Of a DNA stretch of 64,000 bases, positions 26,955 through 37,534 are shown piece after piece. The notes under the pieces are model-generated. The model searched no databases. It saw only the letters and a program-made list of their open reading frames with translations, and was not told the DNA's origin. The translations under genes were made by a program, and so were the position numbers. Within the stretch, counting starts at the first letter, position 1. The number at the start of each line of letters is the position of its first letter. This DNA comes from Eubacteriales bacterium (lineage in GTDB: Bacteria; Bacillota; Clostridia; Oscillospirales; CAG-272): positions 49,421-113,420 of the forward strand of contig JAZUQQ010000057.1 in assembly GCA_045605765.1 (NCBI GenBank), written 5' to 3'.

Positions 26955-27995
26955 ATGAGCACAATCAGAAAAAAATTCGGCACTATGCCAGACGGAACAA
27001 ACGTTGACTGTTGCGTTCTTTCCAAAGGCGATATGACCGTAACTCTCATCGAGTACGGCGCAAGAATTGCTGACATAAACTATAAGGGAGTTCAGACCAT
27101 CGGCGGCTTTGACACGCTCGAGGGCTATCTCACTGACATCGAGCATCAGGGCTCGACCGTCGGAAGATATGCAAACCGTATAAAGGACGGTATCTTCTAT
27201 CTTAACGGAGAAAAATACATTCTTGCAAAGAACGAAAAGGGAGTCACCCACCTTCACGGCGGAAACATCGGCTACGATGTAAGAGTATGGACTCTTGCAA
27301 ACGTGGATGAAAACGACGAAAAAGCCTGGGCAACCTTCACACTTGTTTCGGAGGATGGCGAGGAGGGATATCCCGGAAATCTCGATATTGCTGTCACCTT
27401 TACACTTACCAAAGACAACGCACTTTCGATAGACTACTCGGCAACGACCGATAAAGACACCGTAATTTCGATGACTAATCACAGTTATTTCTGCATTTCG
27501 GGTTGCGGAGAGAGCATTCTCGATCAGGAACTAACCATTGATGCGGACAAATTCGTAGCCGTTGACGATCTTCTCATTCCGATCGAAGTGAAAAGCGTCG
27601 AAAATACATATTTTGATTTCAGAAAGGCCAAGAAGATCGGTCAGGATATCGATAAATTCGACGATATTCAGCTTGCTCGCGGTGGCGGATACGATCACTG
27701 CTGGGTGCTGAACGCTCCGAGCCTTGAAAAGCCATCTGTCACTCTCTACTCAAGCAAGACGAAAATAAACGTTGACGTTTACACGACCGAGGACGGCGTT
27801 CAGATATACGCAGGCAACTTTATGGATCAGGACAATCCTTTTTACGGAAAGCACGTACAAAAACCCCATCACTGCGTATGTATGGAATGTTGCGCACGTC
27901 CCGACTCGCCCAACCAAGAGGACTTTCCTTCGGTAGTCCTTAGAGCAGGCGATACCTACACGCAGACGACCATTTACAAATATTCAACGAAATAA
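26955..27995 (+). CDS. galM: aldose 1-epimerase (galactose mutarotase)
   Basis: 346 aa with motifs GRYANRI, THLHGG and MTNHSYF. Confidence 0.88.
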   Translation: MSTIRKKFGTMPDGTNVDCCVLSKGDMTVTLIEYGARIADINYKGVQTIGGFDTLEGYLTDIEHQGSTVGRYANRIKDGIFYLNGEKYILAKNEKGVTHLHGGNIGYDVRVWTLANVDENDEKAWATFTLVSEDGEEGYPGNLDIAVTFTLTKDNALSIDYSATTDKDTVISMTNHSYFCISGCGESILDQELTIDADKFVAVDDLLIPIEVKSVENTYFDFRKAKKIGQDIDKFDDIQLARGGGYDHCWVLNAPSLEKPSVTLYSSKTKINVDVYTTEDGVQIYAGNFMDQDNPFYGKHVQKPHHCVCMECCARPDSPNQEDFPSVVLRAGDTYTQTTIYKYSTK

Positions 27996-28190
27996 AGAAC
28001 GTCTCCCGCCTTTACAAAAAAGACGGGAGATTTCCTTTATTTTCCACCGCATCAACTTTACTAACCGTAAGATTAGTTACAAAGTTCAATTTCAATAAAT
28101 ATTTTACATTTATTCACACAGACGACACATCGGTAGTTTAAAATTATACTAAAAGGTCAAAATATCCACAAAAGGTTTAACGGAGGTTCC

Positions 28191-29591
28191 ATGATGAACG
28201 ATGAATACAACAATAAAAACGAGTCTAATAAGGCAAGCAAAAGCTCTTCCGAAAATGAGGTGTCGTTTGACAGTACAACGGGAGACTATTCGTATATTCC
28301 CGTAAACGAAAATAAATTCTCTCTAGATCCCGAGACAGTCTTTAGCGGTAAAAACGCAACGTGTGATCAAAAGGTGGATACTAAGCCAAACAAGAACAGA
28401 TCCGCCCTTATTTATACAACCGCTATAATAGTAGCACTTGCCGTTATAGTCTCTGCGCTTGCCGCAGGAGCTTTTGCGATATCGGGAATACTCGATAAGA
28501 TAGGAAATTTTGATGATGCTGAAAATATGGGTCCTCTCAGTGGCACAAAACTTACCGTAAGTAAAAGTGACCTCGAAGTAGCACAAAATGCCGTTTCAAA
28601 AGCAACTTACGCGGCGTATGATTCTACTCTTCTTATAGAAGCCTTTACAGACAGCAGTGCGTCTACCCTTGCAGGAACGGGAAGCGGTGTTCTTTGGAGC
28701 GCTGACGGATACGTAGTAACCTGCAATCATGTGGTCGATGGATACAAAACTATAAAGGTCACCTTTACAGACGGAACGAGTTATTTTGCCGAAAGTATGG
28801 CAACAGACCCGATAACCGACCTTGCAGTTCTCAAAATTACACTCGCTGAAGGCAGCGAGGTTCTCCCCGTCACTATGCGTGACACGGCAAAAACACCGCT
28901 TATGCTCGGAGAAACAGTAATTGCTATCGGAAATCCTCTCGGATATCTTACCAACACGGTAACCGACGGAATTCTCTCCTCCCTGGAAAGAGAAATATCG
29001 GTCGAGGGCACCAATATGTTCCTTATGCAAATAAATGCGGCGGTGAATTCAGGCAATTCAGGAGGCGGACTTTTCGACATTAACGGTTCTCTCGTCGGTA
29101 TCGTAAATGCTAAAATAGCCGGCAATGACGTCGAAGGAATCGGATTTGCCATTCCGATAGATACTGTAGTTGATGTTATAACTCAGCTTGCAGACAAGGG
29201 TTACGTTTCCGGAAGACCTCAGATTGGGATTAATCTCGTTACTTTAACGAGCTACAATTACAGACAGGTTTTTGCACAGTATCCCGAGCTTGAAGAATAT
29301 GCATCTATATCGGGAAGATGGGGCACGACTACAATAAATCAGGGAGTATATATCGTAGGAATATCAGAAAATATAATCTATCCGCATGGCTCTGAGGAAA
29401 TCTTGAAATACGGCGATAAGATATACCAGATTTCCGACGATAATGAGAATTTTATTGTGGTCGAGGACGGTGATTCAATACAGAATTTTATTGCTTCTAT
29501 GAAGGTGGAAGATACACTGCACTTAACTGTAATGCGCGGCGGAAAAGCAATAACAATATCTGTAATTCTGAGCGAAAAGACGGCTCAATAA
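28191..29591 (+). CDS. membrane-anchored trypsin-like serine protease (HtrA/DegP family) with C-terminal PDZ-like domain
   Basis: N-terminal TM. Triad contexts are TCNHVV, DLAVLK and GNSGGGLF. Confidence 0.85.
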   Translation: MMNDEYNNKNESNKASKSSSENEVSFDSTTGDYSYIPVNENKFSLDPETVFSGKNATCDQKVDTKPNKNRSALIYTTAIIVALAVIVSALAAGAFAISGILDKIGNFDDAENMGPLSGTKLTVSKSDLEVAQNAVSKATYAAYDSTLLIEAFTDSSASTLAGTGSGVLWSADGYVVTCNHVVDGYKTIKVTFTDGTSYFAESMATDPITDLAVLKITLAEGSEVLPVTMRDTAKTPLMLGETVIAIGNPLGYLTNTVTDGILSSLEREISVEGTNMFLMQINAAVNSGNSGGGLFDINGSLVGIVNAKIAGNDVEGIGFAIPIDTVVDVITQLADKGYVSGRPQIGINLVTLTSYNYRQVFAQYPELEEYASISGRWGTTTINQGVYIVGISENIIYPHGSEEILKYGDKIYQISDDNENFIVVEDGDSIQNFIASMKVEDTLHLTVMRGGKAITISVILSEKTAQ

Positions 29592-29615
29592 TTTTGTTTA
29601 CAAGACTTAAATTTC

Positions 29616-29641
29616 AAACGCGCCTTGTCAGGCGCGTTTTT
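29616..29641 (+). terminator. intrinsic terminator
   Basis: AAACGCGCC-ttgtca-GGCGCGTTTTT. Confidence 0.85.
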
Positions 29642-29663
29642 GTCGCATTTTAATGTTTAATGC

Positions 29664-29692
29664 TTGATATTTTCATTATCTTATGCTATAAT
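29664..29692 (+). promoter_or_regulatory. sigma-A promoter
   Basis: TTGATA-17 nt-TATAAT with extended -10 TGC. Confidence 0.7.
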
Positions 29693-29739
29693 GCAGTTAA
29701 ACACAACATTGTAATATACTAGTATAAAGGAGATCGTTT

Positions 29740-30060
29740 ATGTTTTGTTCAAACTGCGGTACGCAGGTCCACGATGATGCCGTTGTGTGCATAAACTGTG
29801 GCTGTGCTATCCAAGAGCCTGCAACCAACAACAGAAAGATCGTAGAAGACAAGGCAAATGTAGGACTTTGCGTTTTATCTGTATTCATTCCACTGTTCGG
29901 CATTATATACTGGGCACTTCAGTACAAAGAGACCCCGAAAATGGCACGCGCCTGCGGTATAACGGCACTTATTTCTTGGGGCGTTTCCATAGTTCTTGGT
30001 ATAGTACTACCTTTAGTTTTTTCCTACATTATGCTTTCTGCTGTTCCGTTTCTGTTTTGA
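29740..30060 (+). CDS. zinc-ribbon membrane protein
   Basis: N-terminal CSNCG..x..CINCG zinc ribbon followed by two or three TM helices. Confidence 0.7.
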   Translation: MFCSNCGTQVHDDAVVCINCGCAIQEPATNNRKIVEDKANVGLCVLSVFIPLFGIIYWALQYKETPKMARACGITALISWGVSIVLGIVLPLVFSYIMLSAVPFLF

Positions 30061-30096
30061 TTCTATCAACATCGTACATTGAAAGGACTTTAAATT

Positions 30097-31287
30097 ATGA
30101 AAAAATATCTTCACAGTGCAGACATCCTTCTACCCAAATACAGTTTTGAAAAGTGGGCGGTGGTTGCCTGCGATCAATACACTAGCGAGCCCGATTATTG
30201 GAGCGCAGTCGATGATTTTGTCGGAAACGAGCCTTCAGCGCTTCGTATCACGCTCCCCGAGATATATCTTTCGGACAACGTTGAAAAGCGCATCGATACC
30301 GTCAACGCAAACATGAAAAAATACCTTGAAAACGGAGTTTTTGACACCTTTGAAAGCTCTATGATATACGTCGAGCGCGAAATATCTTCAGGCGAGATAC
30401 GCCACGGCATCGTCGGTGCTATCGATCTTAGTGAATACGACTGGCACCCCGGTGCAAAGTCGCTCATTCGCGCGACCGAACAGACGGTAATCGAGCGTAT
30501 TCCGCCGAGAGTTGAGATAAGAAAGAACGCTTCTCTCGAGCTTCCGCACATTCTTATTCTTATAGATGACCCCGAGAACAAGGTGCTCGGCTCACTTGAA
30601 GCATCAAAGGGCGAGATGAAAAAGGCTTACGACTTTGAGCTTATGCAAAAATCCGGTCATATAGAGGGATATTTGGTTGATGAGGACGTACAGATCAAGA
30701 TAAACGAGGCGCTCGCCGAGCTCATTTCCGAGGACGGTATGCTCTTTGCAGTCGGTGACGGAAATCACTCACTTGCAACTGCAAAGGAATGTTATACGAG
30801 AAATCCATCCGAAGCATCGAGATACGCTCTCTGCGAGATAGTTAATATACACGATTCTTCCCTCGTTTTTGAGCCGATATACCGCGTTATGTTCGGCATT
30901 TCTCCGAGCGACGTGCTCACGGCTATCGAGGCGCATTTTGGCAACCTGAACGATGAGAACGGAAGTAAAGTACGCTTAATATTCGGAGATATCGAAAAGG
31001 ATATATATATTAACACAGACGGATCTCTGACAGTTGGTATGCTCCAAGATTTTATTGACAAATACATTGCCGAGCATAGCGGCGCATCGGTCGATTACAT
31101 ACACGGCGAAGAAGTAGTCGAAAGCCTTTCAAGACAGGAAAACACTATCGGATTTATCTTCGACGGTATGAAAAAGAGTGAGCTTTTCCCTGCTATCGTC
31201 CACGACGGTGTGCTTCCGAGAAAGACCTTCTCGATGGGTCACGCCTCGGATAAGCGTTTCTATATTGAGGCAAGGAAGATTAAGTAA
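30097..31287 (+). CDS. conserved hypothetical protein, DUF1015-like
   Basis: 396 aa. The pattern IRATEQTVIERIPPRVEIRKN...ILILIDDP and VGDGNHSLATAK resembles DUF1015. The assignment is from memory. Confidence 0.55.
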   Translation: MKKYLHSADILLPKYSFEKWAVVACDQYTSEPDYWSAVDDFVGNEPSALRITLPEIYLSDNVEKRIDTVNANMKKYLENGVFDTFESSMIYVEREISSGEIRHGIVGAIDLSEYDWHPGAKSLIRATEQTVIERIPPRVEIRKNASLELPHILILIDDPENKVLGSLEASKGEMKKAYDFELMQKSGHIEGYLVDEDVQIKINEALAELISEDGMLFAVGDGNHSLATAKECYTRNPSEASRYALCEIVNIHDSSLVFEPIYRVMFGISPSDVLTAIEAHFGNLNDENGSKVRLIFGDIEKDIYINTDGSLTVGMLQDFIDKYIAEHSGASVDYIHGEEVVESLSRQENTIGFIFDGMKKSELFPAIVHDGVLPRKTFSMGHASDKRFYIEARKIK

Positions 31288-31294
31288 AGTACAA

Positions 31295-31318
31295 AACAGA
31301 CCTTCGGGTCTGTTTTTT
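31295..31318 (+). terminator. intrinsic terminator
   Basis: AACAGACC-ttcg-GGTCTGTTTTTT. Confidence 0.88.
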
Positions 31319-31349
31319 CTTTTGTAAAAATTACCACACAATATTTTAT

Positions 31350-31379
31350 GTATCATCAAAGGTCGCCGAGGCAATAATG
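31350..31379 (+). promoter_or_regulatory. forespore (sigma-F/G type) promoter candidate for sigG
   Basis: GTATC-15 nt-GGCAATAATG compared with the remembered Bacillus sigma-F consensus GYATA-N15-GGnnAnAHTR. Confidence 0.5.
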
Positions 31380-31414
31380 TTTTACAGAAAAGTAAAACAA
31401 AGGATGCGGTAAAA

Positions 31415-32209
31415 ATGTATATCGGCAAAGTCGATATTTGTGGGATAAACACTTCTGAACTGAAAGTGCTTACCGAAGAAGAAAAGGAGACTCTTTTAAA
31501 GCTTGCCCACGAGGGTGATGAGGACGCAAGACGGCGTCTTATTGACGGAAATCTGAGACTGGTACTGAGCATAGTCCAGCGTTTTGCTGGTAGAGGCGAA
31601 AACCCCGATGACCTTTTTCAGATAGGATGTATCGGTCTGATCAAAGCAGTTGACAATTTCAACACAGAGCTCGGTCTTAAATTCAGCACCTACGCTGTTC
31701 CGATGATAATCGGCGAAATACGCCGTTATCTTCGTGATAACAGCTCGATAAGAGTCAGTCGCTCGGTACGCGATCTTGCCTACAAGGCGCTCTCCGTACG
31801 CGACAGACTGGCATCGGAAATGTCAAGAGAACCTACGATTGACGAGATCTACGCCCTTATGAAAAAAGAGGGAGATACCCACACCCGCGCAGAGGTAACC
31901 TGTGCTCTTGAAGCCATCGTCGATCCCGTATCTCTCTACGATCCCGTATATTCTGACGGTTCCTCGTCGGACACAATATATATTATGGATCAAATAAGGG
32001 ACGAGGACAACTGTGACGAGGCGTGGCTTGAAAACATCGCTCTGCGTGATGCACTGGCAAGACTTGGAGAGCGGGAAAAAATGATAATATCAAAGCGCTT
32101 TTTCAGCGGTCGTACACAGATGGAGATAGCAGACGAGATAGGCATATCTCAGGCTCAGGTATCGCGACTTGAAAAAAGCGCGCTTGAACGAATAAAAAAG
32201 CAACTTTAA
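31415..32209 (+). CDS. sigG: sporulation sigma factor SigG
   Basis: VDICGINTSELKVLT..., NLRLVLSIVQRF, FSTYAVPMIIGEIRRYLRDNSSIRVSRS. This closely parallels Bacillus SigG. Confidence 0.88.
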   Translation: MYIGKVDICGINTSELKVLTEEEKETLLKLAHEGDEDARRRLIDGNLRLVLSIVQRFAGRGENPDDLFQIGCIGLIKAVDNFNTELGLKFSTYAVPMIIGEIRRYLRDNSSIRVSRSVRDLAYKALSVRDRLASEMSREPTIDEIYALMKKEGDTHTRAEVTCALEAIVDPVSLYDPVYSDGSSSDTIYIMDQIRDEDNCDEAWLENIALRDALARLGEREKMIISKRFFSGRTQMEIADEIGISQAQVSRLEKSALERIKKQL

Positions 32210-32251
32210 GTCATTTTACCATCCAAACCGGACAAAAAATGCAATAAGCTA

Positions 32252-32280
32252 TTGACTTTATATTAAATATTATATATAAT
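32252..32280 (+). promoter_or_regulatory. sigma-A promoter of the Bat-like operon, bracketed by a 13-bp inverted repeat
   Basis: TTGACT-17 nt-TATAAT. The inverted repeat is AAAAATGCAATAA (32235-32247) and TTATTGCATTTTT (32295-32307). Confidence 0.7.
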
Positions 32281-32343
32281 ATTTAGATGTAGAATTATTG
32301 CATTTTTATTTACATACACCTGCAACCGAGAGGTACATATTTA

Positions 32344-33774
32344 ATGAACAAGGGTTTTCTGAAATTTAAAAACAAGCTTTTTATCGGTGCGCTGATAAAA
32401 TCTGCCATTTTCGGTGCATCGGTCGGAGTCTTCGTTTCTTCTATTTTGATCTTAATAGCAAAATTATCAAAAGAAGCTCCGAATCCGACGGTATATCTAC
32501 CCATTGGCGTATCTTCTGCTCTTCTTTTTGCAGCCGTTCTCTTTTTGGTACTACTACCAAGCGAAAAACGTGTTGCCAAAAAGCTTGACACCGCTTTTGC
32601 GCTCGGCGAAAAAGCGCAGACTATGATTGCCTTCAAAAACAAAAAGGGCGACGTTATTGAAATGCAGCGGCGTGACACCGAGCGAATACTCTCAGAGACA
32701 CGGACAGGTGCGCTCAAAAGCAAAAATGTTTGGTTGCATTTTATAATGCCGACGATCGCAGTCATTATGACAATAGCCGCTATGCTGATTCCAACATACA
32801 ATCAGACACCTCCGCCCGCCTCAAGCGACCCCGATTTCCAGCTTTCGGTGTGGCAGGAACAGGCGCTTAAAGACCTTATCGAAGAGGTCAAGCGCTCTGA
32901 TATGGAAAATGCTCCGAGAAATAAGGTTGTTTCCGAACTCGAAGACCTATTGACAGAGCTCAGGGCAGCGAAAAAGGTAAGCGTGATGAAGGCTTCGGTC
33001 ATTGGAGTCATAAAATCAATCAACGAAACCGTTGACAATCACAACTCCTGCTTTAAAATAGCCTCCGAAATGAACAAGGGAGAGCTCGAATCGACAAAAA
33101 GCCTTGCATCTGCAATTCAAACACTAAGTGCAATAACGCTTGGAGAAGAGCTTAAAAATATCAGAGAATCCCTCGTAGAGGAATCTGCAAAGGACTCTAT
33201 ATCGGCTATATCACTTGCTCTGAATACTGCGCTTACAAAGTCGGGCGTCGATGAAAACGACCCCCTATATGCATCACTCTCAAACTTTGCTTCTTCCCTT
33301 TCCGACATTGCGACTTCGTACGATCAAATGAGTAATTCGCTTGACGATACCTTTACAGGTGCAGGCGAGAGTATAAGCTCCGCACTTCTCATACAGTATA
33401 CGAACGAGCGCGTGGGTGACAATGCGACCCTGCGTCTCATGCAGATATTCGGCATAAAGGAAAGCGAGATACCTAAGGAATCTATCCCCAGCGACACATC
33501 GGTGCGAGAGAATGAGGGTGATTACGACCCAGAGGACAACGACGATCCGCTTCATTCGGGTGGATTTGGAAGCGGAGATATGATCTTCGGAAGTGACGAT
33601 ATGATATACGATCCCGAGCTTGGAAAATACGTTTCCTACGGCGAGGTAATAAACAAATATTATGCAAAGATTTCCGAGCAGATGGTTGACGGAAATCTTT
33701 CAGACGAGCTTGAACAGCTCCTTAGCGACTATTTTGCAAGTCTGTTTGACGGATCAAAGACTGATAAAGACTGA
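32344..33774 (+). CDS. hypothetical membrane protein (three TM segments plus long helical and acidic extracytoplasmic region)
   Basis: 476 aa and the first gene of the operon. No motif was recognised. Confidence 0.65.
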   Translation: MNKGFLKFKNKLFIGALIKSAIFGASVGVFVSSILILIAKLSKEAPNPTVYLPIGVSSALLFAAVLFLVLLPSEKRVAKKLDTAFALGEKAQTMIAFKNKKGDVIEMQRRDTERILSETRTGALKSKNVWLHFIMPTIAVIMTIAAMLIPTYNQTPPPASSDPDFQLSVWQEQALKDLIEEVKRSDMENAPRNKVVSELEDLLTELRAAKKVSVMKASVIGVIKSINETVDNHNSCFKIASEMNKGELESTKSLASAIQTLSAITLGEELKNIRESLVEESAKDSISAISLALNTALTKSGVDENDPLYASLSNFASSLSDIATSYDQMSNSLDDTFTGAGESISSALLIQYTNERVGDNATLRLMQIFGIKESEIPKESIPSDTSVRENEGDYDPEDNDDPLHSGGFGSGDMIFGSDDMIYDPELGKYVSYGEVINKYYAKISEQMVDGNLSDELEQLLSDYFASLFDGSKTDKD

Positions 33775-33815
33775 TAATTAATAGAAATTAGCTAATTATG
33801 AAAGGACACCATAAA

Positions 33816-34796
33816 ATGGAAAACATAGAAAAGGTTCAGAATTTTAACGCTTCTATTCTCAAAATCAAAGAGGAGCTTCGCCGAGATGTTGTCGGACAAG
33901 ACGAGATAGTTGACAATGTGATTACCGCCATCATCGCAGGTGGAAACGTACTTCTAGAAGGCGTTCCCGGGGTCGGAAAGACACGTCTTGTGCGCTCGCT
34001 TGGAAAGGTACTCAGTCTTCCCTTCTCTAGAATTCAGTTTACTCCCGACCTTATGCCCTCTGACGTTACCGGTACAGTTGTTATCGAAAAGGACGCGGAC
34101 GGCAAGATGGTAAGTAGCTTCCGCAAAGGCCCGATATTTGCTAATCTCGTTCTCGCGGACGAGATCAACCGCGCAACACCGAAAACTCAGTCGTCGATGC
34201 TCGAAGTAATGCAGGAGCACAAGGTGACCGTTGCAAATAATTCTTATTCGCTCCAAGAGCCCTTCTTCGTTCTTGCAACCGAAAACCCGATCGAGCAGGA
34301 CGGTACCTATCCTCTTCCCGAGGCACAGATGGACCGCTTTATGTTCAAGCTTATTATGAAATTCCCCGCAAACGACGAGCTTGTCGACATCGTAAAAATG
34401 ACTCAGATCACTATGGACGAGACTGCAAGCGCGGTAATAGACGGTGAGACCATCCTAGAAATGAGAGCTCTCGCATCGACCGTTCCGGTAATCGACGAGG
34501 TTCTGAACTACGCTATCCGCATTGTCTCGGGAACTCACCCCGAGCTTGACAAGGCGTCGGATACGGCTAAGAAGTACATAAAATACGGCGCATCTCCCCG
34601 CGCGGCGCAGGCTCTTATCACCGCGGCAAAGGTACGCGCTCTGATGAACGGAAACTTCAACGTCTCCTACGACGATATTGACGCACTCGCACTTCCCGTT
34701 CTCCGTCACAGGATCAAGATAAACTACACCGCGGTGAACGACCGTCTTACCGTTGACGACGTTATAACTATGCTCGTAAGGGAGACGAAAAAGTAA
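33816..34796 (+). CDS. MoxR-family AAA+ ATPase
   Basis: Walker A GVPGVGKT and Walker B region LVLADEINRATPKTQSSMLEVMQE. The start is set at MENIEK (RBS AAAGGA); the track start is 33798. Confidence 0.9.
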   Translation: MENIEKVQNFNASILKIKEELRRDVVGQDEIVDNVITAIIAGGNVLLEGVPGVGKTRLVRSLGKVLSLPFSRIQFTPDLMPSDVTGTVVIEKDADGKMVSSFRKGPIFANLVLADEINRATPKTQSSMLEVMQEHKVTVANNSYSLQEPFFVLATENPIEQDGTYPLPEAQMDRFMFKLIMKFPANDELVDIVKMTQITMDETASAVIDGETILEMRALASTVPVIDEVLNYAIRIVSGTHPELDKASDTAKKYIKYGASPRAAQALITAAKVRALMNGNFNVSYDDIDALALPVLRHRIKINYTAVNDRLTVDDVITMLVRETKK

Positions 34797-34799
34797 TTT

Positions 34800-35684
34800 A
34801 TGAGCAAATTTGTAATAAACGAAGAGTTTTTACAGCAGATAGAGACCCTGCAAACTGTGCTTAAAAACAACGTCGGCGGTATGTTCGGAGGCAATCATAA
34901 GAGTCGCACCTTCGGCTCGTCCTGTGAGTTTGCAGATTTCCGCGATTACGTAAGCGGCGACGACACGACAAAGATCGACTGGAATGCCTACGCGCGCTTT
35001 GACAAGCTTTACACGAAGCTTTATCTTGATGAGCGACAAATGCATACGAAGATTTACATTGACGCCAGCCGTTCAATGGAATACGGAAACTCAAAAAAAG
35101 CTGAGCAGGCGTTGAAGATCGCATCTCTTATCGCGTATCTTTCGGTATGCGAAATGGATAAGGTATCTATATTTGTTATAAAAGACCGCGAGATCCACGA
35201 AATAATACACGGTATAGTCGGCAAAGAGGCGTATATGTCATCTATCTCAAAGCTTGAAGACGTTGCATTCGACGGCGACAGCTATATCAGCGATGCTATT
35301 CTTCCCACAAATGTGGGATACGGTGACGGTCTTTCGGTGATTATTTCCGATTTTCTTACCGACAATGACTATGAGGCGGCTATTGATCTTTTCTGCGATA
35401 AGAAGCGCGATTTCCTGTGTATTCAGGTACTCTCGAAAGAGGAGCTGAATCCTCTTATACGCGGAAAGGTTCATTTCTTCGATTCTGAAAACGCATTCAA
35501 GACATATCGTAAGGATATTGACCGCGACATAGCAAAGGCGTACAAAAGCGCGCTTGAGTATGTCACGGACAAGGTAAAAAATTACTGCCTCTCAAGAGGG
35601 GCAAGCTATCTGCTGACATCCGCAGAAGAATCTCTCGGCGAGATATTCTTCGAAAAACTCGTTAACACGGAGGTTGTAAAGTGA
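34800..35684 (+). CDS. DUF58 domain protein
   Basis: DUF58 hallmark FADFRDYVSGDDTTKIDWNAYAR. It starts 3 nt after the MoxR stop. Confidence 0.85.
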   Translation: MSKFVINEEFLQQIETLQTVLKNNVGGMFGGNHKSRTFGSSCEFADFRDYVSGDDTTKIDWNAYARFDKLYTKLYLDERQMHTKIYIDASRSMEYGNSKKAEQALKIASLIAYLSVCEMDKVSIFVIKDREIHEIIHGIVGKEAYMSSISKLEDVAFDGDSYISDAILPTNVGYGDGLSVIISDFLTDNDYEAAIDLFCDKKRDFLCIQVLSKEELNPLIRGKVHFFDSENAFKTYRKDIDRDIAKAYKSALEYVTDKVKNYCLSRGASYLLTSAEESLGEIFFEKLVNTEVVK

Positions 35685-37534
35685 GTTTCCTCTATCCTCT
35701 GGGACTACTCGGACTTATCGGGATACCGATCCTGATAATCATTTACATAATAAAAAGCAAATACACGGAGCAGACGGTGTCCTCCACCTATCTCTGGGCA
35801 CTCAGCGAAAAATTTCTTAAAAGAAAGAATCCGCTGAGCCGTCTTACTGGCATTATCAGCCTTATTTTACAGATACTTGCGGTAATACTGATCTCTCTTT
35901 CGATAGCGCATCCGATAATTGCTATCCCAAACTCGGCAAATGAATATTGCTTCATTATCGACGGCTCGGGTAGTATGAATATGTTATCTGACGGAGAAAC
36001 CCGTTTTGAGCGTGGAAAAAGTGAGATCGCAGCTATTATAAATGACGCGGCGCAAGGAAGCGTGTTTTCTCTCGTTTATGTCGGAGACGATACAAGTACC
36101 GTTTACGAAAAGACCGATGACAAAGAGCAGGCGATGCTCCTTCTCGGCGATCTAAAAGTATCGTACGGCGAAGCCGATCTTACAAAAGCTCTCGGAATAG
36201 CGCAAGGATATTTTAATGAAAACCCATCTGCTCTCGTATATCTTATAAGCGACGCCGAATATGAAAATTCAAGCAACGTGAATGTTGTCAACGTGGCAAA
36301 AGGAGAAGAAAATTACGCCGTATCGGACATTATCCATACCCACGAAAACGGTACAGTCGAGCTAAACGGAAGCGTTATATCCTATAAAAGCGATGCACTT
36401 CTCACGGTCGGACTATATATAGACGGTGCAAGCGAACCTTCCGATATCGAAAGCATTTCGGCAGTTGGCGGTGAAAAGTACACATTTACGCTGAGTGCAA
36501 ACGCAGACACCTTTTCTTCTCTGTCGGTAAAGATATCCCAAAGCGACGCACTCGAATTTGATAACGAATATATCATTTACGACCTGAAAAGAGAAAGCTC
36601 GTATGACACACTTATAGTCAGCGAGCGACCTTATCTGATAAAGGCGATGCTAAGTCAACTTTTACACGCCAAAATAGACGTTATAAAGCCGTCCGAATAC
36701 TCCTCTCAGACAGGATACGGTCTTTATATTTTCGATTCGGTATCTCCTGAGCTTATTGATGAGCTCCCTAAAGACGGCTCTGTATGGCTAATGAATCTTG
36801 ACGGAAGTATTGACGGCGCCGGATTCAGCGTTCAAGGCGAAGTGACATTTGAAAGCTCCGAGGTGATTTCTTTGACAGATTCTTCCTCATCCACGGCGCA
36901 GGCTCTTATCAAAGATCTCAGCGGAAACGGAATGCATATAACAAAATATGTTAAATGCGGTTTTTACCGCAATTTCACGACCATCTTCTCATATAAGGGT
37001 AACCCGATAGTATTCGCGGGAAACAGCACAAACGGTGTCCGCGAGGTCGTGTTTGCATTTGATATTCACAACTCGAACCTTCCGCTACTTGCAGATTACG
37101 CTGTACTTATGCGAAATCTTGTAAATTATTCATTTCCAGATATGGTCGAAAATACCGCCTACGAAAGTGGAAAAGAGGCTCAGATAAACGTAGTTGCAAA
37201 CTGCGAGAGCATCAAAGTCGAAAGCCCACTCGGAAACGTGACCTATCTTGACACTTCTTCAGCGGTAGCCTCACTTCCTCTGACCGAGGCGGGCGTTTAC
37301 AAAGTCACGATGACGGTTGCAGGCTCGGCAAAGGAGTTTTGCATCTATTCAGCGTTTGCTGAAAGCGAGCGAGCTCCCATTCAAAGTGAGAGCGAGCTTA
37401 TTCTTCAAGGATATGCGAGCTCAGACGGCTTTGACGGAAAATACGATCCTCTGGTAATTATCTTCATTATTTTAGCAATAATATTCCTTGCAGATTGGAT
37501 GGTGTACTGTTATGACAAATATCAGCTTCGATAA
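35681..37534 (+). CDS. BatA-like protein: N-terminal double-TM domain + VWA domain + C-terminal TM
   Basis: MSFLYPLGLLGLIGIPILIIIYIIK...VSSTYLW, MIDAS-like IIDGSGSM and a C-terminal helix. The GTG start overlaps the DUF58 stop (GTGA). Confidence 0.8.
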   Translation: MSFLYPLGLLGLIGIPILIIIYIIKSKYTEQTVSSTYLWALSEKFLKRKNPLSRLTGIISLILQILAVILISLSIAHPIIAIPNSANEYCFIIDGSGSMNMLSDGETRFERGKSEIAAIINDAAQGSVFSLVYVGDDTSTVYEKTDDKEQAMLLLGDLKVSYGEADLTKALGIAQGYFNENPSALVYLISDAEYENSSNVNVVNVAKGEENYAVSDIIHTHENGTVELNGSVISYKSDALLTVGLYIDGASEPSDIESISAVGGEKYTFTLSANADTFSSLSVKISQSDALEFDNEYIIYDLKRESSYDTLIVSERPYLIKAMLSQLLHAKIDVIKPSEYSSQTGYGLYIFDSVSPELIDELPKDGSVWLMNLDGSIDGAGFSVQGEVTFESSEVISLTDSSSSTAQALIKDLSGNGMHITKYVKCGFYRNFTTIFSYKGNPIVFAGNSTNGVREVVFAFDIHNSNLPLLADYAVLMRNLVNYSFPDMVENTAYESGKEAQINVVANCESIKVESPLGNVTYLDTSSAVASLPLTEAGVYKVTMTVAGSAKEFCIYSAFAESERAPIQSESELILQGYASSDGFDGKYDPLVIIFIILAIIFLADWMVYCYDKYQLR

